Shown here one piece after another: positions 52,567 to 64,000 of a stretch of DNA of 64,000 nt (the stretch's first letter is position 1; every line of letters begins with the position of its first letter). The DNA lies in NCBI GenBank assembly GCA_964106645.2, contig OZ067040.1; one strand, written 5' to 3'. Source of the stretch: Podarcis pityusensis. Taxonomy: Eukaryota. The notes beneath the pieces were generated by a model. That model was not told the DNA's origin. It searched no databases and saw only the letters and a list, made by a program, of their open reading frames with translations. Made by a program: the position numbers and the translations under genes.

Positions 52567-55500
52567 TATACTCATATATGACCATCATGTGAATATTACG
52601 TTTCTGTGAAGTACTGAGAGAACCTGGGTTGGGTTCCCTTTTGCTGCCTGTGTTACACAGGCCAGTGACAAAAATGGTTGTGACTTAACATGGCAGAGTC
52701 AATGAAGTGGGGGATATGGTTGTTTCTGCTTTGGTGAAGTAGCATATTCTTTTTGGATTTGTACTACTGTAAATCCAGAATAACTGTGTTGTTCTTTGTA
52801 TGGATGGGTTCAGAATATAGATTCTCTTAGCAATGTAAACTGCATGAGTCTGAATACATATAATCTTTTACATGCAGCTGAGTCCTCCATCAGCATTTTC
52901 CAGTGCTATCTCTGTATTTGTAATTCATTTTTCATATTGCTAGTGCTAGCAAAGCATTTTCTCCATATTTCCTCCAGAGCCTTGAGCATGCAAGACTGCT
53001 GATGGACTAGGAGCCACTGGCAAGGAAATACAGTTAACAGGCATGATGCATTAAAGTGTCAAGCAGGAGAAAACAGGGCAAAGATTTCAGAAGTCGAAAT
53101 GCTTAAGTAAAAAATAATAATTCTTGGTAGGGCTGGATTTCCCCATAGCAAATTTAAATATTCACACAGAGCATGCTGAACTGCTACTGCATTGTCTGTA
53201 TGTTTAACCCATTTGATCTTGAAAGCTTGATTTAAAATTATAATAATGTTTAAAAGCACACTCGTGGCATTCACATCTTATACAGCAGAAGGGGTTGAAG
53301 CAGCACCATAAATCCTCTTTTTAATTTTATCTCTTCCTGCGTTTTGAAGTCTGGGGTTGGTCTTTGTTTTTAGCCTTCCCTCTGAGCTGAGATATGATGA
53401 TTTCTCTACTTGCAGCTGCTGTGCATAACAAGAAGGTTAATATTCCCATCCACGTTTGTATATGTATGCAAGCCAGGACATTTGTAGATGTAAGACTGCC
53501 AGTTGTGAATTCCCCACAATAAACTAAACTAAGGTAGTGATTTATTTATTTTTCAGCCTCATTTGGAGGAATTGGAAGTGTTATCTTTAGAACAAATCCG
53601 ACTCACAGTAACGAATTTAGTGTCCTGTGGAACGTTGGTGTAAAACTTTCCCTGCTGGTAATGAAAGAAGCAAGATGTGTGGAGGGTGTTTCATGTTAGG
53701 TGCAGCAGCATCCTAATTTCTATAATTAATTACTGTTTTTGTTTTTGTTATGCCCCTACCAGAGCAGCTAGCAACAATATCAAAGCACAGTAAAATATCA
53801 CAAAACAATAATTCAGTAACAAATCAGAGATAATACAAAGGACTGTTAGTCATTCCTATTAAAGTGTGCAGCTAGCTACCAGGTCTTACAGTGGTTCTTC
53901 CTTTACACTGAATCCTCATCCTAGTATTTTCATATTTAGTGATCCAAGGGATCTTAGTAAATAAAACTGAAATACATCCATTAGTATTGCTTGGATACCC
54001 AAGCAATAACTTCCAATCAGAGCAGCTATGTTTCAGCTTCCAAAAACAAATCCCCTCATAGACTCAGTTGGATGAAATGGAGTTTGCTTCTTGGCCTAAG
54101 TGATTGCATAGTGTTACTATGAACTGTTAAACAGCTGCTCCTCTTTGCCTCAAAGCTGGCTTCAATTCATTAATGGGTGGATTGATTCCTGTAGTTGTAA
54201 GTGACTTTCAAATTAAAGATAAAATATATATCCTAGTTGCTATTTTGTTTTTCAGCTGAACAGCAAGCAAAATTCATGGGATTTTTAAATTTTTTTTTAA
54301 TATAACCCACGCCTTTCCCTTACCAAAAATACCAAACTATTTTCTTCCAGCTGGAACTTTCCTTTCTGTTTCTGGAACATCTCTTTTGTTCTTTCTTTTT
54401 CTTTTTCTTTTTTTTACAGAATACATTATGAAGTTCAAGAAAATGCCATAAGGCAGTTTTAGCACCTAAAAATACATGGAGTTTTAGATATAGCAGCATG
54501 ATAGCTTATTTTGATTTGTTTTCTATTCTAACAATGCTTTTTTAAAACACCTTGTTTCAGATTTGTATGCTAGGTAGGAAGGTAATAGTTTTATTTTATT
54601 TTTAGCTATAAGCCATAACAAAACAGAAATAACATTCAGAGTTGAGCCACAAATTTAGCTCTTAATTTCCTGGCCACTAGCTTAGGCAACTTTATATGAG
54701 GTAAGGCAACATGAGGGGCTGGGGTGTATGTCAAATTTTGGGCTCTCCCCCCCGCTCCCCAGTGCAGTGTGTGAACTGCAGGTTCCGTGTCAAAGTACTC
54801 TTGCAGCCCACTTGACATGAAAGGTTAGACTGCCCTGATCTAGAGGAACCCTCCACTTTGTCTTGTGTGTCTTGTAACTAAGGGGGGGGGGGGAATAAGT
54901 CTGCTCTCTGTTTATATATTACTGTTGTAGTAGTTGTAGCCACTGAAGTATACTGCTAGAACACTGGGTTTGATTGCAGGAAACCCGGGATAAAACCCTT
55001 CGTTGTCCATAAAGCTCGCTTGTATGTTCTGTTTTTGAGAGATGGCCTCAGGAGTGCATAGTAGAGGCTTCAACTGAACCCTGAACAGCTAAATGCAGGG
55101 CTTCAGCTGGAGTCTCCATAAGAACAGGGCTCAGACTTTGTTATTACAGCAGCAGTCATCCTTAGTCTTAGCCTTAAATGGGAGTTGCAACCCTGTCTTA
55201 CTAGCTAGCTACTCCTTCTGTGAGATGAGCCTCTTTATTTAAATAGAGCAGAGAAGACTGTGGTTCTCTTAGCGCTTCTGAGCTGGAGTCCTTCATTCCC
55301 TGAAGAAGGGGAATTTGACTCCAGAGTTATTTATGATTTATAGCCTCAATCTTACCTGCTTGACGGGATTATTGTGATGCTACCCCTTGCATAGCTGTAC
55401 AGCAGACCAAACAGCCTGCATTACTAACTACCAAACAAGTGAAAGAATACACAACTGGGCTGTGTTTCTGCAACTTTTAGGTATTTAGGGTAGCATTTTC

Positions 55501-56761
55501 CTTTCCATGTCGCTGCATCAATTCTATTGTGTTTGCTGTGTTGGCAGCCAACTAAAATTTACTCTGAAAATATTTGAGTCTTTGACATGCTGGCATGAAC
55601 AGATAACAAGTGTTTGTATAGTTTTTTCCAGTGTGATGAGATCACAGTAGCCAACCTCAAACAATGCAATGAATCCATTTGAAATTGTATGACTTCTGAT
55701 ATGAGAAGTAGGACAATGGTAAAAACTCACAAAAATGTACATTTCCTTAATGAAAACACTTCTTTAATTCCTTGAGAATTGAATAATAAAAATATGTGCC
55801 TGTGAGCTTAGCTTCACATTTCCCTGACTGAACTCACCCCTTGCCTAAACTAAACTAATTTTTATATAAAAAATGATCAGATAGAAATTTTATTTATTTA
55901 TTTACACTTGAGATGTGCGTTTTCAGAACACACCCTGTTGCTGTTACTATAGGCCAATTGAAATGGTTTTTAAATTCTGAATTTTAAATTGTTGTGACCC
56001 GCTCAGGGACCTGCTGGTGGAGAGTATATAATAACAACAATAATAATCTCCTATTGTTGTTGTTATCATTATTACTATTATTTTGTGTGGTGCTGGTGAT
56101 CCATAAATGAACATTCTTGACATTAGATTTGCGACAGTGTTTCACCAAATTTGAACTAGCTTGGTCTGGTTCACCCATCCTATGAGCCAGGAAGCACTGG
56201 GTGCTTTGGGAGCGGGGGTAATATCTGGCGGATTCATTACTGTCTGCATTGAAGAGCACATCCCCGTATGCACAATGCTTAGTTCATGCTGCACAGGCAA
56301 AGGGAAGGTATTGCTTTGTAGTTTTTGTTTTAAAACTTGTTGTTTTAATCCTGTATTTTATTCTGCCCTGGGAGCTTGTGACGAAGGGCGGTATATAAAT
56401 TTAATAAATAAAAATAATAAATATATTTGGATTCTCAGAAGTAGTCTGAGAGAAGCTGCTGTGCCTTATTTATTTTCATTACAACCGCAAATTAGTGCAC
56501 ATTTCTTCGGTGCATGGTCACTAGAGCCACCTGCTCCAGGTTAATTCTGTTTACATGCTGTCAAGTGTAGCTCTAACTTGAATGTCATAGTAGCATCTAC
56601 ATCTATCACACCTGCTGTCAGGCAAACCAGCTACGGTACGCCCTAATGCTTTGATCCTCTTGCAGGCGCAGGAGTTCCCGAAGTGCATACACAGGGCTTC
56701 ATTTCAGTGTATTGGGCAGCTTTCCCATGTCCAAAGGGATGTGCACATGCTGCTGTCTCCT

Positions 56762-56955
56762 CTCTAGCTCAATGGAAGTGTGCATGTTTTATCTGCATAA
56801 GACCAGGTTCAGCCCCCAGCTCCTTCAGTTAAAGCATCTCAGGTAGCAGGTATAAGAAAATAACTCTGCATGCAGCCCAAAAGAACTGCTGTGTTAGACA
56901 GTATTCATTTGATAGATGGCCCAACGGTCTGAGTCTCCATGAGGCAGCTGCATAT
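56762..56955 (+). mobile_element. Degraded Squam2-like SINE
   Basis: tagctcaatgg...ccaggttcagccccc...gatggcccaacggtctgag...gaggcagctgcatat follows the same layout as 1998-2190. Confidence 0.55.
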
Positions 56956-57036
56956 ACATCTGTATCATGAGGAAATCTACACACCCATGCAGGGGCTTCA
57001 TGAGTGCTTTAGAGGGCGCATGTAGCTCTGGCTTCA

Positions 57037-57060
57037 TTGCTTGCTTGCTTGCTTGCTTGC
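57037..57060. repeat. (TTGC)n microsatellite
   Basis: Six tandem TTGC units, read directly. Confidence 0.9.
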
Positions 57061-58434
57061 ATGCCTGTTCTGATATCTTTTAAACTAGCATTCTGTTCTT
57101 AAGAAAATCAGTTCTTACAATTCATATTTACTTTCTGACAGCATTATAGTTAACAGAGTGAGAGTTCGTCCTCTTCTCCTTCTCCCTTCTCTCTCTCTCT
57201 CTCTTGCACACAGTCATAAACTCTTGCACTCCACTGCTTTCTTTGATAGCAATATCTTCCTTGGAAGCTCATGTTGTGGCAAGCAAGTAAAGCCATAGCA
57301 AAATTGTACATGCGAGAGAGTGTAAGAGAATCCCAGGAGGAAAATATGTTTGCAGATCTCACCCCCTGAATTGCTCTCATTATAATAGCCCATTTGATGT
57401 CAGGGTATGACAGATTATAAGCTTTTTATGGCGAGACCCAGCTCAAGAAAGATTTAAATAAAGTACTTCTGGTTATTGTGCAGGTCAGTGTGTTTAAATA
57501 ACAACCCTTCAAATCATCCTTTGACATTTAAAAGAGAGAGGAAATATTGTCATGTGGCGGACCTGGCGCAGATAAAGCACAGGGCAATTTGGTCAGTACA
57601 CTGATTTGTGAGTGCATCCTAACAGTCATTTTCCTGGTTTGTAATCAAGTGGGGCGCCCTTGCAGTGTGTCAATGTTTTTCAAAAACACCCCTGCTTAAA
57701 ATGTTAACACAAATTACCCTCTTGAGATGCTACAATCCAATTCCTTGGTGAAGCTGGCACAAGCTAAACATTTCAAGCAGTAGGACAAGAAAGAGACGGA
57801 GCAAATACTATCCTGATAGGCTAAAGAGAATAACGAAAGGCACACATGCAGGCACCAAAAGGTTAGCCTCTGATACTGTACTTCCTTTCAATAAGTATGT
57901 TTTTTAGTTATTATTTTTGACCTTCTGAGTAGCTTAGCTGCTTGATGTGAATTAACTGTGGTCCGACTGTTATAGCTGTCCCAGGATGTAGGTCATGCTG
58001 ATTTCCTGGCAGCAGTACCACATGTGGCAATAGGCATGTGCAGGGCAGTAGCATCTTCAGAACTCTGTGTACTGTAGGCCCCTATCTTATGTCATCCTAG
58101 GATTGCGGTACTTTAGCACATTTCCTCCTTGGACCACTCAAATAAGTGGTCCAAGTGCAAGGAGTGCAAGGAGTCCTGGACAATGCTGGAGCTACTCCGC
58201 ATTCTCAGGTTAACCCAGTTTCCAAGAGAGGGCAGCACTAGTGTTTGGGGAAAAGCTGAAGCATAGCTTCTTTGCATGTCAGCTAGGTCTTCTCATATTA
58301 CCTCAGCTGTGTGAATAGGAACTGGGTGGGCGCAACCCCCACACTGTCAATGTAATATACAAAAGGGACTGTTGACTTGTAATGCAGTGCTGGGGGTGTG
58401 CTTGCCAAAGACCCTAGGATGGCACTGGTGACTG

Positions 58435-58618
58435 GAAATTGGGTTTCTCATAAACAAGTCGTGCCAGACAAATCTCGTTTTTTGTTGTTTTTTTATAGAG
58501 TTACAAGGTTGAAGGAGCAGGGGAATGTACTCAGGAGTAATGTACCTTGATTTCACTAAGGGTTTTGATAGAGTTTCCCATGATATTCTTGTAGAGAAGC
58601 TGGTCAAATGTGGGCAGG

Positions 58619-58658
<40 letters not shown>

Positions 58659-59640
58659 TAAATTTTATTTATATCCTGCCCTCCCCAGCCGAAGCCGGGC
58701 TCAGGGCAGCTAACAACAATCAAATAATCAAACAATCAAATAATCCAACATTCTAAAAACATTTCATTATAAAAATTAATTAAAATCAAATTAATGGCAA
58801 CCGTTGAGCAAAATTCTGTGCAGGTTGCCAGAGGAGGGAGTCAGGCTGGGCCCTGACCAAAGGCCTGGTGGAACAACTCTGTCTTGCAGGCCTTGCGGAA
58901 AGATGTCAGGTCCCGCAGGGCCCTAGTATCTTGTGATAGAGCGTTCCACCAGATTGGAGCCGCAGCCGAGAAAGCCCTGGCTCTAGTTGAGGCCAGCCTA
59001 ACCTCTCTGAGGCCTGGGACCTTCAAGATGTTTTTATTTGCAGACCGTAGGTTCCTCTGTGGGGCATACCAGGAGAGGCGGTCCCGTAGGTACGAGGGTC
59101 CTAGGCCGTATAGGGCTTTAAAGGTTAAAACCAGCACCTTAAACCTGATCCTGTACTCCACCGGGAGCCAGTGCAGCTGGTATAGTACCGGATGAATGTG
59201 ATCTCGCAGCAAAGACCCCATAAGGAGTCTCGCCGCGGCATTCTGCACCCACTGGAGTTTCTGGGTCAGTCTCAAGGGCAGCCCCACGTAGAGCGAGTTA
59301 CAATAATCCAGTCTGGAGGTGACCATCACGTGGATCACAGTGGCTAGGTCAGGGCGAGAGAGATAAGGTAACTGTTAGGTGAGGTAAGGTGAGGATGAGG
59401 TAACTGTTAGGTGGATTGGTAGCTGGTTGACTGACCTAACTCAAAAGAGTGCTCACAGGGTTCCTCGTCACCCTGGGGGAAAGTGGCAAGTGGGGTGTTG
59501 CAAGGTTCTGTCCTGGACCCGTTGTTGTTAAATGTCTTTACAAACGACTTGGGTGAAGGACTTGAGGGGATGATAAGATGATTTGCAGATGAGACTAAAC
59601 TGGGATGGTTAGCTAATGCTACAGAATCAGGATTCAATAG
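58435..59640 (+). mobile_element. Old CR1 LINE RT remnant, split by a younger L2 insertion
   Basis: Left part (to 58620) encodes VMYLDFTKGFDRVSHDILVEKLVKCG. Right part (about 59392-59640) encodes SGVLQGSVLDPLLLNVFTNDL...FADETKLG. Confidence 0.8.
58621..59368 (-). mobile_element. Young 5'-truncated L2 LINE with (TTA)n tail
   Basis: Uninterrupted ORF 58841..59338: VTSRLDYCNSLYVGLP..KLQWVQNAAARLL..LHWLPVEYRIRFKVL..RAFSAAAPIWWNAL..KTELFHQAF. CpGs are retained. 3' UTR and (AAT)n at 58621-58653. Confidence 0.92.
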
Positions 59641-60307
59641 GCCTCAGTGTTAACATCTTTCAAGTATTATAAGTGAATTTGTTTGCAGGTGAATGGTTAG
59701 GCTTTCATCTGTAAATGCCACAATTGGTTTAGAAACTGGTTTTTAAAATCTCAACAACTAATATTAATTTAACTTCACATACCAATGGAGTTTAGGGTGC
59801 AGAGGAGAGACTAAAGGCATGTTATCAAGTTCTTTTCAAGCTCTTCAGAAAGAGTGGAGCAAATAGCCCTTCAGTTGAAACAGCAGTGACAGAAACATTC
59901 CTCCCTTTCTCCCCTTAACTCCAGTAACCAACAAATAATGCTTTGACCTTAAGCATATATAAATATATTTAGCACTTGCTGTGCAATATATTTATTGGTG
60001 TTTAGTGGCCTGGAGGTTAATCAAAATGAGTCTGGCGATCTCAGCTTCTTTCTTAATGGACTCTACTTCATACTGTAGAATGGATGTAGCACAGTTTGTC
60101 ACATTCAGTTATCGTTCTACTCAAAGCAAGAGTACCAGTGAGTCAGAAAGAAAAGATAAAATTCCTTCATGCCCTCAGTCCTGGAAGCTGCCTGTCACAG
60201 GCTATACCATAGGACACTTTAGTCCTCTAGAGCTCTATTGTATCCGAAATCAGATTTTTGCATAAAACACATTGTAGGTCTCTTACCATTTCATGTAAAG
60301 GTCCTTC

Positions 60308-60439
60308 CAGTGCTATTTTTCTAGAAAAAGAGGTGCCAGAACCACGAATGCCTCCATTGTTCTCTTATAGTGGCAGTGGCGCCCACCTGAGAGGTGCCAG
60401 AATGGAGTTCTGGTGAGTTCCAGCTGAAAAAAAGCCCTG
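60308..60439. mobile_element. hAT MITE, 132 bp
   Basis: TIR CAGTGCTATTTTTC / GAAAAAAAGCCCTG. Perfect 8-bp TSD GGTCCTTC (60300-60307 and 60440-60447). Internal repeat gaggtgccagaa x2. Confidence 0.88.
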
Positions 60440-62973
60440 GGTCCTTCTACTATATTGTAAGCAGAGTGTGGCATGTGCAGTTTATATATAATAGGCATGC
60501 AAAAAATACATTAGTACCAAAATTTATATCCAAACTGTTGGGCAGGTTAGATTTGGAATTTTACATTGTCAGATGATGTAGATATGTTGAGAGCAGGATT
60601 GTAGGTGCCTCATGCCTGGATATTTCTGGTCTTAAGAAGGCCTTAAGTAAATATTAACATGGAAAAGCTCTTCTACCACTTCCTCCTGTATTTTGCCTAT
60701 GGGAATTGGTGATCTTTCCTCAGCTATTGGGTCTCCTTCATACTCTCACCTGCTGCCAGGCACTCTCAACTAGGATTCTTGTCACTTCCATGCCTATCTT
60801 TGAGCTCTGCTACCCATTTTGCCATCATCCACTCTCATCTGCCATGTAGCCATATCTGGCATGTCAGACTCTCAATTTTATCTTATCAGAATAATCAGAC
60901 ATGTCCCTGTACCACTAGAATCTCTTCCTCTGTGACCTAGTCTTTCTTTCATAGTTGTAATGAGGCCCCTGTTCCTCCTTTTGCCTCCATCTTTGCTAGC
61001 ACCAGAGCATTGCACATCAAGGTAATACCCGTTGCTGCTACAACAAGAGTAATACTCCTCTTCAAAGCACTGTCCTATACAGCTACCTAGGAACTTCCAG
61101 ATAAGAGATTGGCTTTGTTCTATAGTAAACTTTGCCAACCTGGTGCCATCCAGAAGACTTTGCCCTCGCAAGTCATCATCTAAAATATCTGGAAGTCCAG
61201 GTTGGTGAAGACTGTTCTATACTCACAGGAACCTAACCATAATGTGAATATAGTTGGGAGAGTAGGTCCTGGATTTCCTCTGGGACAGGGGTCTGCTTTT
61301 ACAGCTTCTAAATTGTATGGGTGACCAATGTGGTTGGAGTTGGCTCAGGGGAAAGTGTGGCCATGCCCTGCTAAGCCATTAAGCTCATTCCATTTTCTTG
61401 GACCATTCACTATCAAAAAGGACATTTGATTACTGTGTGTTCAGCACATACCACATTCATGCTTTTAATCTATGCCCCAAAATGTAAAATTTAGACATCT
61501 ATCTTTTAAAAAATTAAAAACAATTTTATTTCCCTGTGTGTTACGTGACTGATGTATGGCAAGGGACTGTTCCTCTGTGCTTTGAAAATCAGTACTTGCA
61601 CTTTTGAATTGGACTTGGAAGCAGAAAAGCAGTTAGTGGGGAAAATTTAGCACTGGTAGAACTATGAAGTGAATAAGCTATGCTAATCAAAGTTCTGTAA
61701 TCTGTAACCGATTGAAGCTCCTGAACCTTTTAAGAGGCAGCCCTACTTTTAATATATTGTAGTTATCCAGCTGGCAGTTTACCAGGACATGGGTAGGGTG
61801 TGCAGTCAGATGTCACACTAAACCATAGTTTAGTGTGACAAGAACAAGCCACAGTGAGCCTCAGGGTTGTGCGGTCTCCCTTTTCTTCTGGCACAGCTGC
61901 AAGGAGGACTTTGGGAGCTTTCATTTCAGATTTCTCTTATCTGTTAATGCAGTACCCAAATTGTGTAAGTAGGTCGTGTTAAACTTGTTCTAGCCTTGTA
62001 CAAATCAGTAGTATTGCTGTCAATAACATGTCCCATATTTTCTGCTTGTGGTGCAGTGTAATTTAGGTTGTATTTTTCAAATATTCTTTCTGTGTGTATG
62101 TCTGCCTCCTTGGTTTGAACTGGTGAACCCTCCAAACAGAGTACAGAAGATAAAATTGCCTTTATGATGGTCTATTTCAGAATTGTAGTTTCATAATATT
62201 ATTACACATTGAGTAAAGCTTTGCTTCTCTATTTCTTTCTTTAAATGTGGCTGTGAAATATTGTCCTTTTATATAGATATCCTACCTCCATATCCTGTTT
62301 CTTTGACAGGCAGTTTCAGTCTCTTAGCTGGAATAAAAAATTAGGATCATCAGATGAATAAACTTTTCTGCCTTACATGGCGCCCCATTGTTTAAGAAGC
62401 TGTCTGGGGGGAGAGATATTCACATAACATATCAATAGTATCCGTATATTCATACTGGAGTAAGCAGGTGCAGCACGTCCCATTTCACCACTCGAGGTGA
62501 AACAGGAAGTACTGCCTTGCCCCGCTGCTGCTGCTGCTGCTGCTACACACACTACCACATCTACTGCTGGTGAAGAAGCAGTGCCAAGACGATGGGGCAA
62601 GCAATATACCTGCAGGCATGAAACCTGGGGGACTTCTGCCACCTGAGGCAGTGGCCTCACCCTGCCTAACAGCCAGGCCAGCTCTGGGAATAAGATAATG
62701 CCTGTGTATTTCTCTTTAAAAGGCTTTTCTGCTATCATGGAGCCTTCCAAGTTCATATTAATCCATTGAAAGCCTTATATACCCGAAAAGCTATTTGCAT
62801 AAGGGCTGTACAAATGTAACAATAATGTCACATGCTGCTATTGGTAGCTTTCCAACCTGATTTTCATCAAATCATAGCTTGCCATTTTATCCAAACAGTC
62901 AAATTGTGTGTTTGCTTACAAACCATGATTGCAAACTATAGTGTTATTTCCAAAGAGTTACATTGAGTTAACT

Positions 62974-63108
62974 CAGGCTTCCTCAGCCTCGGCCCTCCAG
63001 ATGTTTTTGGCTTACAATTTCCATGATCCCTAGCTAGCAGGACCAGTGGTCAGGGATGATGGGAATTGTAGTCTCAAAACATCTGGAGGGCCAAGGTTGA
63101 AGAACCAG
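62974..63108. mobile_element. Second copy of the 8040-8175 hAT MITE, right end degenerate
   Basis: Near-identical body (caggcttcctcagcctcggccctccagatg...ctggagggccaaggttga). TSD not recognisable. Confidence 0.8.
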
Positions 63109-64000
63109 ATCTGAGTTTACATGAGAATCACTCGCCTTTTGATAACTAGCATTTTCAGATACTGTAATGTGTTTTCTGTTTGTGTTTTTGTATGTAAGGT
63201 TTGCCTTTACCACACAACTTATTTCAAGTATATAACTATATAGCATTTGTTAATGCAGAGCAGGCCTCTTGTTACAGGGCAAGGAGATTATGTCAACCTA
63301 GACTCATGCTGCATAATAGTTTTTCCTGTGTTTTTAGGACAATTTAAAAGATACAATATTTACATAAGAAAAGCTTGATTTCACGACAGTCTTTCAAAGT
63401 TATGCCAAATGGTCCTTTTCTTTTCCCCCCTCCCTTTCTCATTATCCTTTGGAGAATTGCACAACTGTGCATTTTTAATATTTTTCCCTACAAGTCATCA
63501 CAAGCTTCGTCAGGGGAATGGCATTGTATGTCAGTTGTCTCCTTCATATCAAAAGAAATCCTTTGCCTCTTTACAGAAAATGAGGAAAGTTTGCCTTCCA
63601 CAGAGCAAAGAACAAAACTGACTTGGAAAGAATTCTCTTTGCTTATGCCACATGTTCTTTACATCTTGGGAAGTTCCCAGGGTATCAAGAACAAATTTAA
63701 CCTAGTGTTAACTAGAACACATTTTTACCTACTCCAACATTAAAAACAATAAAAAACATAGTTTCCTGTTTATCTCTGAATGTTCAGTTGCAATGTTCAC
63801 ATTGGTACAAGTATTTGGGGGGGCGGCGACGGGAATCATGTTGCACATGTTGACTGCATTTACAGAGTAGAAAGAAAAATTGCATATTTATTTTCTCAAT
63901 CATACATGCAGTCCTATACCCCAGAGGGATATATGGGAATCCTGTGGAACCACATTGTAAACTATTCATCTCCTGCATAATCTTCTGAATTTGGCTATCC

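Larger units (their letters stand above)
1..64000 (+). other. ARID1B: Internal portion of the ARID1B transcription unit (four exons plus long introns; both gene ends lie outside the window)
   Basis: Four phase-compatible GT-AG exons at 21624, 33533, 45108 and 47149 splice into one ORF. Three match the recalled vertebrate ARID1B peptide order (SQMP..SQSPMPQ / GF.AG.QRNPQ..YGPQG / [12 protein letters not shown]). The flanking exons were not found in the window. Confidence 0.93.

Noticed and set aside
62290-62362. Acceptor-like cctgtttctttgacag|gcagttt as the next ARID1B exon (expected QGSFPGMNQ..)
   Set aside because: In the required phase it reads QFQSLSWNKKLGSSDE then a stop, with no ARID1B similarity. 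The true next exon probably lies beyond 64000.

Overview
Vertebrate nuclear DNA, AT-rich and CpG-depleted. The Squam2/Squam3-type SINEs and the MITE families point to a squamate reptile, probably a lacertid lizard. The whole window lies inside the + strand ARID1B (BAF250B, SWI/SNF subunit) gene. It holds three constitutive coding exons (90, 180 and 328 nt) from the Pro/Gln/Ser/Gly-rich region upstream of the ARID domain. A fourth, 129-nt frame-preserving exon looks like an alternatively spliced cassette and is followed by a compact RBFOX/QKI motif cluster. The introns carry a 1.58-kb internally deleted Chapaev3-type (CMC) DNA transposon with both TIRs, a TAA TSD and a transposase broken by one 5-bp duplication. 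They also hold L2, CR1, RTE and RTE-X-like LINE fragments (two nested insertions), hAT and Tc1/mariner MITEs with readable TSDs, tRNA-derived SINEs, fold-back elements, a perfect 28-bp palindrome and enhancer-like non-coding blocks. No prokaryotic system, CRISPR array, rRNA or true tRNA gene is present, and I found no clearly new biological system. Most listed ORFs are chance ORFs. Family names come from recalled consensus features, not database searches.
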